A stretch of 64,000 nt of DNA from Candidatus Eiseniibacteriota bacterium (GTDB lineage Bacteria > Eisenbacteria > RBG-16-71-46 > CAIMUX01 > VGJL01). This document shows, one piece after another, positions 26,276 through 36,340 of this stretch; the first letter of the stretch is position 1; the number at the start of each line of letters is the position of its first letter. Position numbers and translations under genes: made by a program. The notes below the pieces were generated by a model that was not told the origin of the DNA, ran no database searches, and worked only from the letters and a program-made list of their open reading frames with translations. The stretch covers positions 64,001 through 128,000 of the forward strand of contig JBHGAY010000001.1 in NCBI GenBank assembly GCA_041946735.1. The letters run 5' to 3'.

Positions 26276-27837
26276 CCGGACCGGGGGAGCAGGGTCGCGA
26301 TCGGCAGGACCATCTCCTCGAGCGAGATCCCGCCGTGCTGGAAGCTGCCCCGGAAGTGCTTCTCGTACTGATGGAAGTTCGTCGGATAGACGAAGTAGTA
26401 GTTCTCCCGGGCGAGGATGTAGTTCTTCGTGAGGGTGTCCATCGGGAGCTGGTATTCCTGAGGCTTCTTCACGTGCAGCGCTTCGCGCTCGTCGCAGACG
26501 AGGTTGTCGCCGAACTTGTAGCGCACATTCGTCGACGTCTCGCGATTGCCGTAGACGAGCGAGGACTTCTTGCACTGCACGGAGCCGTGGTCGGTCGTGA
26601 GCACGACGACCACGTCCTGCCGGGCGTACATCTTCAGCGTCTCGAACAGGGTCGAATGCGTGAACCAGGAGATCAGCAGCGACCGGAGCGCCTGCTCGTG
26701 CGGCGCCAGCTCGAGCAGCAGGTCGCTCTCCGAGCGGCCGTGCGAGAGCAGGTCGAGGAAGTTGATCACGATCGTGACGAGATCGGCCGTCATCTGCGAC
26801 GTGACCTTCTTCTTCAGCTCGGCCGCCTCGTCGGCCGTGTACACCTTCAGATAGCGCACGCGATCGAGCTTCATCCCCTCGCGATCGAGCAGTCCGCGCA
26901 GCAGCGCCTTCTCGAACCGGTTCTTCCCCGACTCGCTTCCCACGTTCTCGAGCCACCACTCCGGATGCTGGCGCGCGATCTCGAGGGGATAGAGCCCCGA
27001 GAAGATCGCGTTGCGGCTGTATGGGGTCGCCGTCGGTAGAATCGAGTAGTACAGGTCGCGCTTCATGTGGAAGTAGGGAGCGAGCAGCGGCTCGAGCGCG
27101 AGCCACTGATCGAGCCGCATGCAGTCGATCACGACGAAGACGACGCGCTTGCCCTGGCGGAGATGCGGCAGCACGAACCGCGGCACGACGTCGACCGACA
27201 GCGGCGGCCTCTTCCCCCGCTGCGCGTGGATCCACTCCACGTAGTTCGCCTCGATCGCCCGGCCGAACTCGCGGTTGATCTGCGCCATCTGATCCTGGTG
27301 GGACTGGTAGAGCCCCTCGTCGGACTCCGAGAGGTCGAGGTCGAGGTTGGAGAGCCGCAGCGCCAGATCGAGCCAGTCGTCGGGCGAGAGGCGTCCCTGG
27401 CGCAGATCGCGGATCCGGTGGAACTCCTCGACGTAGTCGCGGGTCTTCCTGTCCCGGACGAGCCGCTCCGACTCGAACACCTTCTTGCAGGCGAGCCAGA
27501 TCTGGCTCGGGTTGACAGGTTTCGTCAGGTAGTCGGCGATCTGGCGGCCGAGCGCCTCGTTCATGAGGTGCTCTTCTTCGCTCTTGGTGATCATGATCAC
27601 CGGCACCTGCGGATCGGTGTCGCGGAGCGCCTCGAGCGTCTTCAGCCCCCCCATCCCCGGCATCTGCTCGTCCAAGAGGATGACGTCGAACTCCTGCTCG
27701 CCGGCGAGCGCGATCGCATCCTCGCCGTTCGAGACCGGGGTCACGGAGTACCCCTTCCCCTCGAGGTAGAGGATGTGGGGCCGCAAGAGGTCGATCTCGT
27801 CGTCGGCCCAGAGGATTTTTCGGGTCGCGATGCTCAT
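26272..27837 (-). CDS. porX: PorX-like response regulator (REC + PglZ/alkaline-phosphatase-like domain)
   Basis: ILWADDEIDLL, LLDEQMPG, MITKSEEE, IDCMRLDQW, SILPTATPYSRNAIFSG, TTDHG, FQHGGISLEEM; directly upstream of tsaE. Confidence 0.92.
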   Translation of the reverse strand: MSIATRKILWADDEIDLLRPHILYLEGKGYSVTPVSNGEDAIALAGEQEFDVILLDEQMPGMGGLKTLEALRDTDPQVPVIMITKSEEEHLMNEALGRQIADYLTKPVNPSQIWLACKKVFESERLVRDRKTRDYVEEFHRIRDLRQGRLSPDDWLDLALRLSNLDLDLSESDEGLYQSHQDQMAQINREFGRAIEANYVEWIHAQRGKRPPLSVDVVPRFVLPHLRQGKRVVFVVIDCMRLDQWLALEPLLAPYFHMKRDLYYSILPTATPYSRNAIFSGLYPLEIARQHPEWWLENVGSESGKNRFEKALLRGLLDREGMKLDRVRYLKVYTADEAAELKKKVTSQMTADLVTIVINFLDLLSHGRSESDLLLELAPHEQALRSLLISWFTHSTLFETLKMYARQDVVVVLTTDHGSVQCKKSSLVYGNRETSTNVRYKFGDNLVCDEREALHVKKPQEYQLPMDTLTKNYILARENYYFVYPTNFHQYEKHFRGSFQHGGISLEEMVLPIATLLPRSG

Positions 27838-27856
27838 GGGTTGGAGGGGTGGAGGA

Positions 27857-29128
27857 TCAAACCGGGAAGGCGATGATGAAGGTGGTGCCCTTCCCGGGCT
27901 GGCTTCGGTCCACCCAGATCCTGCCGCCATGATAGTCCTCGACGATCCGCTTCGCCAAGGTGAGGCCGAGCCCCCACCCCCGCTGCTTCGTCGTGAACCC
28001 GGGAGAGAAGACATGACGCATCTCCCGCGGCGTCATCCCCTTGCCCTGGTCGGTGATCCGGACCTCGACGCACTCGGTCTCGTGCCGGCGCGCCAGCTCC
28101 ACGTCGATGACGCCGTGCTTCGTGTCGGTGGCGTCGATCGCGTTCTTCAGGACGTTCTCGACGACCCACTCGATCAGCTCCTTGTTGACGTTCACCGGAG
28201 GAACGAGGTCGTAGCGCTCCCGGATCTCCACGTCCTTGCGGAGATTCGGAAGTCGCCGGCGGAAGTAGCGAATGGCCTCGCTGACGATCGGGGCGAGGTC
28301 CTGCGGTTCCAGGCGCGGCAGGCTGCCGACGTGGCCAAAGCGGGTCGCGACCTTCTGCAGCCGCTCCGCGTCGTTCTCCATCTCCTCGACCACCTCGCGG
28401 AAGAACGGCTCCGGAATCGCAATCTTCCCCTGCACGCTCCCGCCGTCCTCTCCACGCTCCTTCAGAAGCTCGACCCATCCCAGGAGCGAGGAGATCGGGG
28501 TGCCGAGCTGGTGCGCCGTCTCCTTCGCCAGGCCGATCCAGATCGCCCGCTGCTCGCTCGTCTTGATCGAGCGGTAGCCGACATAGCCGAGGCCGATGAA
28601 GCCGATCAGCGCGAAGAGCTGGATGATCGGGATCCAGCGGAGCTGGTGCACGATCGGCGGCTCCCCGTAATGGACGTAGCCGAACACCGTCGCTTCCCCG
28701 GGTCGGCGAATCGGCACCGGAACGTGACGGCTGTCGAACTCCTGCACCTTCGCGATGAGACGGGAAATCGCTCCGGGGGGCGGGTTCTTCACGTCGACGT
28801 CCGCGATCGCCGCGATGCCGAGCGTGTCGGGACCGACGTCGATCCCTCGCCACACGAACGGCCTTCCCTCCCGGTCGGTCAGGATCATCGGGAAATTCGC
28901 CGGCTTGATCACGCGGTTGAACACGTCCCGCAGCTCGGGGCTCTGCATCGCCGGGAATGTCGTCACGGCGCAGAACTCCGCGAACAGCTCCGAGAGCGCC
29001 TTCGACTGCTCGTTCAGGCGATGGATCAGGTTGTAGGTGTAGACCGAGGCGGCGGCGACGAGGATCAGCCCGCCCAGGAAGAGATAGGCCCGCAGCAACG
29101 CGGGTAGGTTCGTCCGGGAAAGAGCCAT
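27857..29128 (-). CDS. Membrane sensor histidine kinase
   Basis: Two TM segments; H-box AKETAHQLGTPISSL; N box ENVLKNAIDA; DQGKG; FTTK.RGWGLGL. Confidence 0.95.
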   Translation of the reverse strand: MALSRTNLPALLRAYLFLGGLILVAAASVYTYNLIHRLNEQSKALSELFAEFCAVTTFPAMQSPELRDVFNRVIKPANFPMILTDREGRPFVWRGIDVGPDTLGIAAIADVDVKNPPPGAISRLIAKVQEFDSRHVPVPIRRPGEATVFGYVHYGEPPIVHQLRWIPIIQLFALIGFIGLGYVGYRSIKTSEQRAIWIGLAKETAHQLGTPISSLLGWVELLKERGEDGGSVQGKIAIPEPFFREVVEEMENDAERLQKVATRFGHVGSLPRLEPQDLAPIVSEAIRYFRRRLPNLRKDVEIRERYDLVPPVNVNKELIEWVVENVLKNAIDATDTKHGVIDVELARRHETECVEVRITDQGKGMTPREMRHVFSPGFTTKQRGWGLGLTLAKRIVEDYHGGRIWVDRSQPGKGTTFIIAFPV

Positions 29129-29168
29129 GCCCCTTTAGGATCCCTCCCGTGGAGCGCGGCGGGCCCGC

Positions 29169-30455
29169 TCAGGCGCCCGGCCGGCCGATCTCCGAAAGCC
29201 CTCGCATGTAGGGCCGGAGCGCCTCGGGAATCCGGATCGTCCCCCGGGGCGTCTGGTACAGCTCGAGGATCGCCGCCACGACGCGCGGCAGCGCCGTCCC
29301 GGAGCCGTTCAATGTATGGACGTGCTCGACCTTCCCCTGGTCGTTGCGGTAGCGCGTTCCGAGCCTCCTTGCCTGGAACGCTTCGAAGTTGCTGCACGAG
29401 GAGACCTCCAGCCATCGATCCTCCGCCGGCGCCCACGCTTCGAGGTCGTAGCAGCGGGCCGCGGCGAAGGAGAGATCCCCCGTGCACAGCTCCATCACCC
29501 GGTAGGGGATTCCCAGCGCTTGGAGCACGTCTTCGGCGTCGCGAACGAGCGACTCAAGCTCGTCATAGGAGGTCTCGGGCCGGACGATCTTGACCATCTC
29601 GACCTTGTCGAACTGATGCACCCGGATGATGCCGCGCGTGTCGCGTCCGGCCGCGCCCGCCTCCTTCCGGAAGCAGGCGGAGTAGCCGACGAGCCGGATC
29701 GGCAGGCGGGTCGCGTCGAGGATCTCCTCGCGGTAGAGGTTCGTGATCGGGACTTCGGCCGTCGGGATCAGGTAGAGGTCCTCATCGGCGAGCCGGTACA
29801 TGTCCGCTTCGAGCTTCGGCAGCTGGCCGGTCGCCTGCAGCGACGGGGTGCGGACGAGAAACGGCGGCCAGACCTCCGTGTAGCCGTGGCGGACTACGTG
29901 CATGTCGAGCATGAACTGGATCAGGGCCCGCTCGAGCAGCGCCCCGAGGCCGGTCAGCAGGATGAAGCCGGAGCCGGAGACCTTCGAGGCTCGCTCGAGA
30001 TCGAGAAGGCCGAGATCGGCGCCGATCTGCCAATGCGGGAGAGGACGGAAGTCCCCCTCCCAAGCGGGAAGGTCACCCCAGCGGCGCACCTCGCGGTTGT
30101 CGCTCGAGTCCTTGCCGCGGGGCGCCGCCGGATGGGGAATGTTTGGGAGCCAGAGGAGCGCGTCGTTCCATTGCTGTTCGAGCGCACGAAGCGCGTCGTC
30201 GCGCTCGGCGATCTCCTTCGCCAACGTCTTCATCGCCGCGAGGATCTCGTCAGCCGGCTCCCCGGCCTTCTTGCGGCGGGCGATCTCCTCGCTCGCGCGG
30301 TTGCGCTCCGCCTTCTTCTGCTCGACCTCCACCAGAATCTTCCGGCGCTCCTCGTCGAGCGCCAGGATCCGGTCGAGGTCCGCGGACTCCCCCTTGTCGA
30401 GGATCGCCTGGCGCACACGGTCCGGCTCCGCGCGCACCAGCTTCGGATCGAGCAT
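29169..30455 (-). CDS. serS: Serine--tRNA ligase
   Basis: N-terminal coiled coil, LIPTAEVP, FRKEAG, RVHQFDKVE, EVSSCSN, TLNGSG. Confidence 0.98.
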   Translation of the reverse strand: MLDPKLVRAEPDRVRQAILDKGESADLDRILALDEERRKILVEVEQKKAERNRASEEIARRKKAGEPADEILAAMKTLAKEIAERDDALRALEQQWNDALLWLPNIPHPAAPRGKDSSDNREVRRWGDLPAWEGDFRPLPHWQIGADLGLLDLERASKVSGSGFILLTGLGALLERALIQFMLDMHVVRHGYTEVWPPFLVRTPSLQATGQLPKLEADMYRLADEDLYLIPTAEVPITNLYREEILDATRLPIRLVGYSACFRKEAGAAGRDTRGIIRVHQFDKVEMVKIVRPETSYDELESLVRDAEDVLQALGIPYRVMELCTGDLSFAAARCYDLEAWAPAEDRWLEVSSCSNFEAFQARRLGTRYRNDQGKVEHVHTLNGSGTALPRVVAAILELYQTPRGTIRIPEALRPYMRGLSEIGRPGA

Positions 30456-30499
30456 GCTCCCCCCACCGCGATTGCCAAAATGCCACAGCAAGCGGCGCC

Positions 30500-30528
30500 A
30501 ATCTATCACGCGCTCCGGCCGCGGTCAA
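30500..30528 (-). promoter_or_regulatory. Sigma70 promoter of serS operon
   Basis: TTGACC-17 bp-TAGATT with extended TG. Confidence 0.6.
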
Positions 30529-31583
30529 ACCGATCCCGACATTCGTCGCCTGTCGGGGCCGCCTCGCGCGCGACCGCCGCGCGCTTGCCCCGGCGCCGGG
30601 ATGGTGGCAAGGGCGGCGGCGAGCGCGCCGGCCGCAGCGGCGTGCACCGCCAGCGCAAGCGGGATGCCGAGGCCGAGGCGCCCGGCCAACCAGGCGATCC
30701 CGCCCAGCGCCGCGGAGGCGAGTAGCGGCGGAAGCGGCGCAACGGCCGCGCCCCATCGCGCCGCGATCCGGTGCCCGGAGTGCTCGCAGCCGCCAAGGAA
30801 GGGGTTGCGCCCCTCGCGAAGGCGGACGGCGGAAACGAGAAGCATCTCCGCGAGCGGCACCGCCTGCGCGGCGATCGAGAAGCCGGCGCGCCCCTCCGGC
30901 AAGCGATCGAACGCGAGCAACGACGCGCTCACGAGCAGGCAGCCGAGCGAGAGGCTTCCCGCGTCCCCTAGAAAGATCCTCGCGGGGGGACGATTCCACG
31001 CGAGGAAGCCGGCCGCGGCTCCGAGCGCGGCGAGCGGCAGCGGCAAGAGATCCGGCGCCGCTCCCGCGGCCCCGGCCACGAGCAGGGCGGCCGATCCGAT
31101 CGACGCCGATGCGAAGACGCCGTCGGCATGATCGAGATAGTTCCACGCGTTGACCAGGACGATCGCGGCGGCGAGCGCGGCGCCGCGCGCGGGCAACCCC
31201 GCCAATCGTCCCTCGAACGGCAGCAGGACGATCCACGCCGCGAGGATCGCCGCCTCCGCCGCCGCCTTGGGCAGCGCGCGCAGCGCCGCGCGGTCGTCGC
31301 GCAGGCCGAGCGCGAAGAGGCCGAGGACACCGGCCGCCAGCGCCGCGGCGAGACGGCGATCGCCCGCGATGCCGCCCGGCCCGGCCAGAAGCAGCCCGCA
31401 GGCCGCCGCGGCGAGGCACGCGGCGCCTCCCAGGAGCGGGACGGCCCGGCGATGATGGCGATCGTCACGCGGGAGGTCGAGGAAGCCGATCGCCCCCGCG
31501 AGGCGAGCGGCGAGCGGGGTGAGGAGCAGGGCCGCCGCGAGCGAGACGATCGCCGGGCGCGCGGCGGCGAGCGGGCCGGTCAA
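30525..31583 (-). CDS. MraY/WecA-like glycosyltransferase family 4 (polyprenyl-phosphate sugar-1-P transferase)
   Basis: VPLLGG, LGLRDD, NAWNYLDHADG, NRPPARIFLGDAGS; TTG start overlaps the upstream stop. Confidence 0.85.
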   Translation of the reverse strand: MTGPLAAARPAIVSLAAALLLTPLAARLAGAIGFLDLPRDDRHHRRAVPLLGGAACLAAAACGLLLAGPGGIAGDRRLAAALAAGVLGLFALGLRDDRAALRALPKAAAEAAILAAWIVLLPFEGRLAGLPARGAALAAAIVLVNAWNYLDHADGVFASASIGSAALLVAGAAGAAPDLLPLPLAALGAAAGFLAWNRPPARIFLGDAGSLSLGCLLVSASLLAFDRLPEGRAGFSIAAQAVPLAEMLLVSAVRLREGRNPFLGGCEHSGHRIAARWGAAVAPLPPLLASAALGGIAWLAGRLGLGIPLALAVHAAAAGALAAALATIPAPGQARGGRARGGPDRRRMSGSV

Positions 31584-32587
31584 GCTCCCGGCAGGCCGAA
31601 GGCGGGCAGAGGCGCGCCCGGCGTCTCGCGCAGCCAGCGCCATGTGAGCCGCAGCAGATCCTCCAGCCCGACCCGTGGCGCGTAGCCGATCGTCGACTGG
31701 ATCTTCCCGAGATCCGGGATACGTCGCGGCACTTCCTCGAACCCGGGGCCGTACGCCTCGTCGTACGGGACGAAACGGATCGGCGAGCGGGAGCCGGTGA
31801 TCTCGCGGATCGCTTCGGCGAGCTCGAGGATCGACACCTCGCGATCGTTGCCGATGTTGTACACCTCGCCGCGCGCCGCCGGCGTTCGGGACAGCGTGAG
31901 GACTCCCCGGACGACGTCCCCGACGAAGGAGAAGCAGCGCGACTGCGTCCCGTCGCCGTAGACGGTGATCGGCTCCCCCTTGGCCGCCTGATCGAGGAAG
32001 GTGGGAATCACCATCCCCTCGTTCCCCACCTGGCGCGGGCCGCAGGTGTTGAAGCACCGGATGATCGTGACCGGCACGCCGTGATCGAGGTACGCGCGCC
32101 GCGCGAGCCTCTCGCCGAGCGCCTTTCCCGCGGCATACGACCAGCGGGCGACCCGCGGACTGCCGATCCGCGGAGGATCGTCCTCGTGCAGCGGCCCCTC
32201 GGTCGTCGGCCCGTACACCTCGGATGAAGAGAACAGGACGAGCGAGCCGGGCTTCGTGCGGCGCGCCGCCGCGAGGATCGACGAGGTTCCGGCGACGTTG
32301 TTCGCGAGACCGCCGATCGGGTCGGAGAGCACCCGGCGCACGCCGACGGTCGCGGCCAGGTGGAAGATCCGCTCGCACCCGCGCGCCGCCGCCTCGGCCG
32401 TGGCCGGATCGGCCACCGTGTCGACGATCAGCTCCGCGCGGCCGGTCGCGAGCGCCGCTTCCACGTTCCGGCGGGATCCGGTCGAGAGGTCGTCCAGGAT
32501 CCGGACGGTCTCCCCCTGGGAGAGAAGGGCATCGACCAGGTGGGACCCGATGAATCCCGCCCCTCCGGTCACCAGAACCTGGGCCAA
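31580..32587 (-). CDS. NAD-dependent nucleotide-sugar epimerase/dehydratase (SDR)
   Basis: VTGGAGFIGSHL, SSSEVYG, YAAGK, RCFNTCGPRQ. Confidence 0.93.
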   Translation of the reverse strand: MAQVLVTGGAGFIGSHLVDALLSQGETVRILDDLSTGSRRNVEAALATGRAELIVDTVADPATAEAAARGCERIFHLAATVGVRRVLSDPIGGLANNVAGTSSILAAARRTKPGSLVLFSSSEVYGPTTEGPLHEDDPPRIGSPRVARWSYAAGKALGERLARRAYLDHGVPVTIIRCFNTCGPRQVGNEGMVIPTFLDQAAKGEPITVYGDGTQSRCFSFVGDVVRGVLTLSRTPAARGEVYNIGNDREVSILELAEAIREITGSRSPIRFVPYDEAYGPGFEEVPRRIPDLGKIQSTIGYAPRVGLEDLLRLTWRWLRETPGAPLPAFGLPGA

Positions 32588-32615
32588 GCTCTCTCCTTCC
32601 GCTCGATCCCGCGCT

Positions 32616-33704
32616 TCAGCGCTTTCCGCCTTCGTCGAGAAAGACGTAGTTGCGCTTGTAGTACTCGAGGAACTCCCCGCTCTTCAGGGGCCGCCACCAC
32701 TCCGGATGCTCCTCGTACCACTGCACCGTCTCGCGGAGCCCCTCCTCGAAGTCGCGGCGCGGCGCCCATCCGGTCCTCTCGCGCAGCTTCTCCCAGGCGA
32801 CCGCGTAGCGCCGGTCGTGCCCGGGACGGTCGACGACGTGGCGGACGAGACCGGCCGGGCGCCCGAGACATTCCAGGATCCGCGAAGCGATCGTCAACAC
32901 GTCGCGCTCGTTGTACGCCCCGATGTTGAACAACTCCCCCTCGCATCCCGGAGTCGCGAGAATCGAGTCGAGCGCCAGCACGTGGTCCTCGACGTGGATC
33001 CAGTCGCGCACGTTCTTGCCGGTCCCGTAGACCGGCAGCGGCTGCTCCTCGATCGCGTTGGTCACGAACAGCGGAATCAGCTTCTCCGGGTACTGGTACG
33101 GCCCGTAGTTGTTGCTGCACCGGGTGATCACGACCGGCAGGCCGTAGGTGGCGTGATAGGAGTAGGCGAGGCGATCCCCCCCCGCCTTGCTCGCCGCGTA
33201 GGGATTGCGGGGAAGAAGCGGCGCCGACTCGTTCACCGGGTCGCCGAAGACCTCCCCGTACACCTCGTCCGTCGAGATCTGGATGAAGAGGGTCACCGGA
33301 TGGCGGCGCACCGCCTCCAGAAGGACGTAGACGCCGTAGACGTCGGTGCGGACGAAGCTCCCCGGATCGCCGATCGAGCGGTCCACGTGCGTCTCGGCCG
33401 CGAAGTTGACGATGAAGTCGAACCCCTCGGCGATCAGCGGCTCGACCACCGAGGCTTCGGCGATGTCGCCGCGCACGAAGCGGAAGTTCTCGCTCCCCTC
33501 GAACTCGGCCAGGTTCGCCGGATTCCCGGCGTAGGTGAGCTTGTCGAGGACGGTGATGCGGCAGCCCGGATGGTTCCGGCGCAGCATCCGGACGAAGTTC
33601 GTCCCGATGAACCCGGCGCCGCCGGTCACGAGGAAGCGCCCGCCCTCGAGCTTCTCCTTCCTCTCCTCCCGCGCGGCGCGCGCGGCGCGCCCCGTCGACT
33701 CCAT
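32616..33704 (-). CDS. rfbB: dTDP-glucose 4,6-dehydratase
   Basis: DKLTYAGN, FAAETHVDRSI, STDEVYG, YAASK, NNYGPYQYPEKLIP, DRPGHDRRY. Confidence 0.96.
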   Translation of the reverse strand: MESTGRAARAAREERKEKLEGGRFLVTGGAGFIGTNFVRMLRRNHPGCRITVLDKLTYAGNPANLAEFEGSENFRFVRGDIAEASVVEPLIAEGFDFIVNFAAETHVDRSIGDPGSFVRTDVYGVYVLLEAVRRHPVTLFIQISTDEVYGEVFGDPVNESAPLLPRNPYAASKAGGDRLAYSYHATYGLPVVITRCSNNYGPYQYPEKLIPLFVTNAIEEQPLPVYGTGKNVRDWIHVEDHVLALDSILATPGCEGELFNIGAYNERDVLTIASRILECLGRPAGLVRHVVDRPGHDRRYAVAWEKLRERTGWAPRRDFEEGLRETVQWYEEHPEWWRPLKSGEFLEYYKRNYVFLDEGGKR

Positions 33705-33708
33705 CCCG

Positions 33709-34164
33709 CTAGCCGTCCTTGCGCTCCCAGGAGTACGGAACCTCGTTGTCATGCGGGGCGACGCGGTACTCGTCTGGGCCGTCGTACTTGTACATCTCGC
33801 TGGGAACGTTCAGGAGCAGGGCCGGCTCGACGCCGATCCCCTTCATCCCGTGCAGGACGCCGTTGGGGATGCGGAGCAGCATCTGGTTCTTCTCGCCCAT
33901 GAAGAACTCGTTCACCTCTCCGTGCGTGGGAGAACCCTCGCGGCCGTCGTAGAGCACGACCTTCGCCATCCCCTTGACGACGCAGAAGTGGTCGACCTGC
34001 ACCTTGTGGTAGTGCCATCCCTTGACGACGCCGGGATAGACGGCGGTCAGATACGCCTGCCCGAACTTCTCGAAGAACGGATCGTCGGCCCGGAAGATCT
34101 CCATCAGCCATCCCCGCTCGTCGGCGAGGACTTTCAGCGGCTTGACGACCGCTCCGGAGATCAT
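33709..34164 (-). CDS. rfbC: dTDP-4-dehydrorhamnose 3,5-epimerase family protein
   Basis: DERG, GVVKGWHYH, YDGREGSPT, IPNGVLHG cupin motifs. Confidence 0.88.
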   Translation of the reverse strand: MISGAVVKPLKVLADERGWLMEIFRADDPFFEKFGQAYLTAVYPGVVKGWHYHKVQVDHFCVVKGMAKVVLYDGREGSPTHGEVNEFFMGEKNQMLLRIPNGVLHGMKGIGVEPALLLNVPSEMYKYDGPDEYRVAPHDNEVPYSWERKDG

Positions 34165-35549
34165 CGCGCCCTCGCGACGGTCGAGCGGCGGGCGGCCACC
34201 TTCCCCCGCGGGGCCGACGGCGTCGCGACCGGCGCGGCGCCATCACCGCGGCCGACGCAGGCATACCGGAAGCCGAGGCTCGCCATCATCTTCGGGTCGT
34301 AGATGTTGCGGCAGTCGACGACGACCGGCTCGCGCATGATCCGGCGGATCTTCGCGAGATCGAGCATGCGGAACTCGTTCCACTCCGTCGCGATCACCAG
34401 GACGTCCGCCCCTTTCGCCACCTCGTAGGCGTTGTCGCAGAAGGTGGCGCCGTTGCCCAGCTCGCGCGCCGCCGTCTCCATCGCGACCGGATCGAAGGCG
34501 CGGATCTGCGCGCCGCGGCGCTTCAGCCCCCGTATCAGGTCGATCGCGACCGACTCGCGCACGTCGTCGGTCTGCGGCTTGAACGCGAGCCCCAGGATCC
34601 CGATCTCCTTGCCGCGCAGATTGCCGGTCATCGCCAGGATCTTCTCGAGCATCCGCTCCCGCTGCCGCTTGTTCACGTCGATCGTCGCCTCGACGATCTT
34701 GCACGGGCTCCCGGCGGCGCGCGACAGCGCGGCGAGAGCGAGCGTGTCCTTCGGGAAGCAGGAGCCGCCATAGCCGGCGCCGGCATGGAGGAACTTCGGG
34801 CCGATCCTCTTGTCGAGCCCCATCCCGCGCGCCACGACCTTGACGTCGCCGCCGACCGCCTCGCAGAGGTTCGCCATTTCGTTCACGAAGGAGATCTTCG
34901 CGGCGAGGAACGCGTTCGACGCGTACTTGATCAGCTCCGCGGTCGGCACGTTCGTCTTCACCATCGGCGTCTCGTTCAAGTAGAGCGGGCGGTAGATCTC
35001 GGCGAGCAGGTCCTCGGCCTTCTTCGACCAGGTCCCGATCACGACGCGGTCGGGGCGCATGAAGTCCTCGACGGCCGATCCCTCGCGGAGAAACTCGGGG
35101 TTCGACGCCACGTCGAAGGCGACCTTCTTCACCCGGTTCTCCTGGATGATCCGCCAGACCTTCTCCCCCGTTCCGACCGGAACGGTGCTCTTCTGCACGA
35201 TCAGCTTGTAGCCGTTCAGGTTCTGCGCGATCGTCTTGGCCGCCGCCCAGACCTGCGAGAGATCCGCCTCTCCGGTCTCCGACTGCGGGGTCCCGACCGC
35301 GATGAAGACGACGCGGTTATCGCGGATCGCCCGGGGCAGATCGCTCGTGAAGGAGAGGCGGCCTTCGCGAACGTTGCGCCGGACCACCTCCTCCAGGGCG
35401 AACTCGTAGAACGGCATCTTGCCCGCGCGCAGCAGCTCGATCTTCGCCTCGTCGGTGTCGACGCAGGTGACGCTGTTGCCGAAGTCCGCGAGACAGGTGC
35501 CCGTCACCAGCCCGACGTAGCCGGTGCCGATCATGCAGATCTTTTGCAT
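34161..35549 (-). CDS. ugd: UDP-glucose 6-dehydrogenase
   Basis: GTGYVG, KSTVPVGT, NPEFLREG, GYGGSCFPKD, GLAFKP.TDD.RES. Confidence 0.96.
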   Translation of the reverse strand: MQKICMIGTGYVGLVTGTCLADFGNSVTCVDTDEAKIELLRAGKMPFYEFALEEVVRRNVREGRLSFTSDLPRAIRDNRVVFIAVGTPQSETGEADLSQVWAAAKTIAQNLNGYKLIVQKSTVPVGTGEKVWRIIQENRVKKVAFDVASNPEFLREGSAVEDFMRPDRVVIGTWSKKAEDLLAEIYRPLYLNETPMVKTNVPTAELIKYASNAFLAAKISFVNEMANLCEAVGGDVKVVARGMGLDKRIGPKFLHAGAGYGGSCFPKDTLALAALSRAAGSPCKIVEATIDVNKRQRERMLEKILAMTGNLRGKEIGILGLAFKPQTDDVRESVAIDLIRGLKRRGAQIRAFDPVAMETAARELGNGATFCDNAYEVAKGADVLVIATEWNEFRMLDLAKIRRIMREPVVVDCRNIYDPKMMASLGFRYACVGRGDGAAPVATPSAPRGKVAARRSTVARAR

Positions 35550-35589
35550 CCATCCTCCCTGGTCCGGGGTCGGAACCTACGAAAGAAGG

Positions 35590-35618
35590 AGACTACCGTT
35601 CCGGAGCGGGGCCGTCAA
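35590..35618 (-). promoter_or_regulatory. Sigma70 promoter of ugd-rfb operon
   Basis: TTGACG-17 bp-TAGTCT, 40 bp upstream of the ugd ATG. Confidence 0.55.
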
Positions 35619-36340
35619 ACCTTGCGGCGCCGTTGCCCTTCCGCGATCTCCTCGAGGATTTCCCGCACCGCGCTCGCGGGATCCGCCGCCCGCGTCACGG
35701 GACGCCCGACGACGATCCAGTCGGCGCCCGAGGCGATCGCTCCTGCGGGCGTCGCCACCTGCGCCTGATCGTTGCGATCCGATCCGGCGGGACGGATCCC
35801 GGGACAGACGAGCGCGAGCCGGTCTCCGAAGCGCGCCCGCAGCCGCGGGGCCGCCGGGGCCGGACAAACGACCCCGAAGAGGCCCGCCTCCGCCGCGCGC
35901 TCCGCCGCCGCCTCGACGTCGGCGAAGTCGCTCCCGCCCTCGACGAGGCTCGTGAGCCTCGTGACGGCGAGCAGGCCGAGCGGTCCCCGCGCCGCCGCCG
36001 CCTCGCGGGCCGCGTCGCGCGCCGCCTCCATCGCCGCCGGCCCGGCCGCGGCATGCAGATTCATGAGCCCGACCGGAAGGCGCGCGGCCGAGCGCACCGC
36101 TCCGGCGACCGTGTTCGGGATGTCGTGGAACTTCAGGTCGAGGAAGATCCGCCTGCCGGTCGCGGCGACCCGCTGGACGATCGAAGGACCTTCGGCGACG
36201 TACAGCTCGAGGCCGATCTTGACCCAGACGCCCTCGGGTCCCAGGCGCGCCGCCATCGCGACCGCCTCCCCGGCGCTCGGAAAGTCGAGCGCGACGATCA
36301 GCCTCTCCTCGGGACGGCTCGGAAGCAGCGCGCTACTCAT
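35615..36340 (-). CDS. pyrF: Orotidine-5'-phosphate decarboxylase
   Basis: LIVALD, KIG, FLDLKFHDIPNTV, PGIR, VVGRP. Confidence 0.96.
   Translation of the reverse strand: MSSALLPSRPEERLIVALDFPSAGEAVAMAARLGPEGVWVKIGLELYVAEGPSIVQRVAATGRRIFLDLKFHDIPNTVAGAVRSAARLPVGLMNLHAAAGPAAMEAARDAAREAAAARGPLGLLAVTRLTSLVEGGSDFADVEAAAERAAEAGLFGVVCPAPAAPRLRARFGDRLALVCPGIRPAGSDRNDQAQVATPAGAIASGADWIVVGRPVTRAADPASAVREILEEIAEGQRRRKV

Noticed and set aside
26272..27837. BREX defence system (PglZ domain)
   Set aside because: The PglZ domain is fused to a receiver domain in a PorX-type housekeeping context; no brxC, pglX or brxL is present.
29169..30455. Functional link between serS and the selenoprotein
   Set aside because: serS is a universal housekeeping gene more than 10 kb away; no selA, selB, selC or selD is visible in the window.
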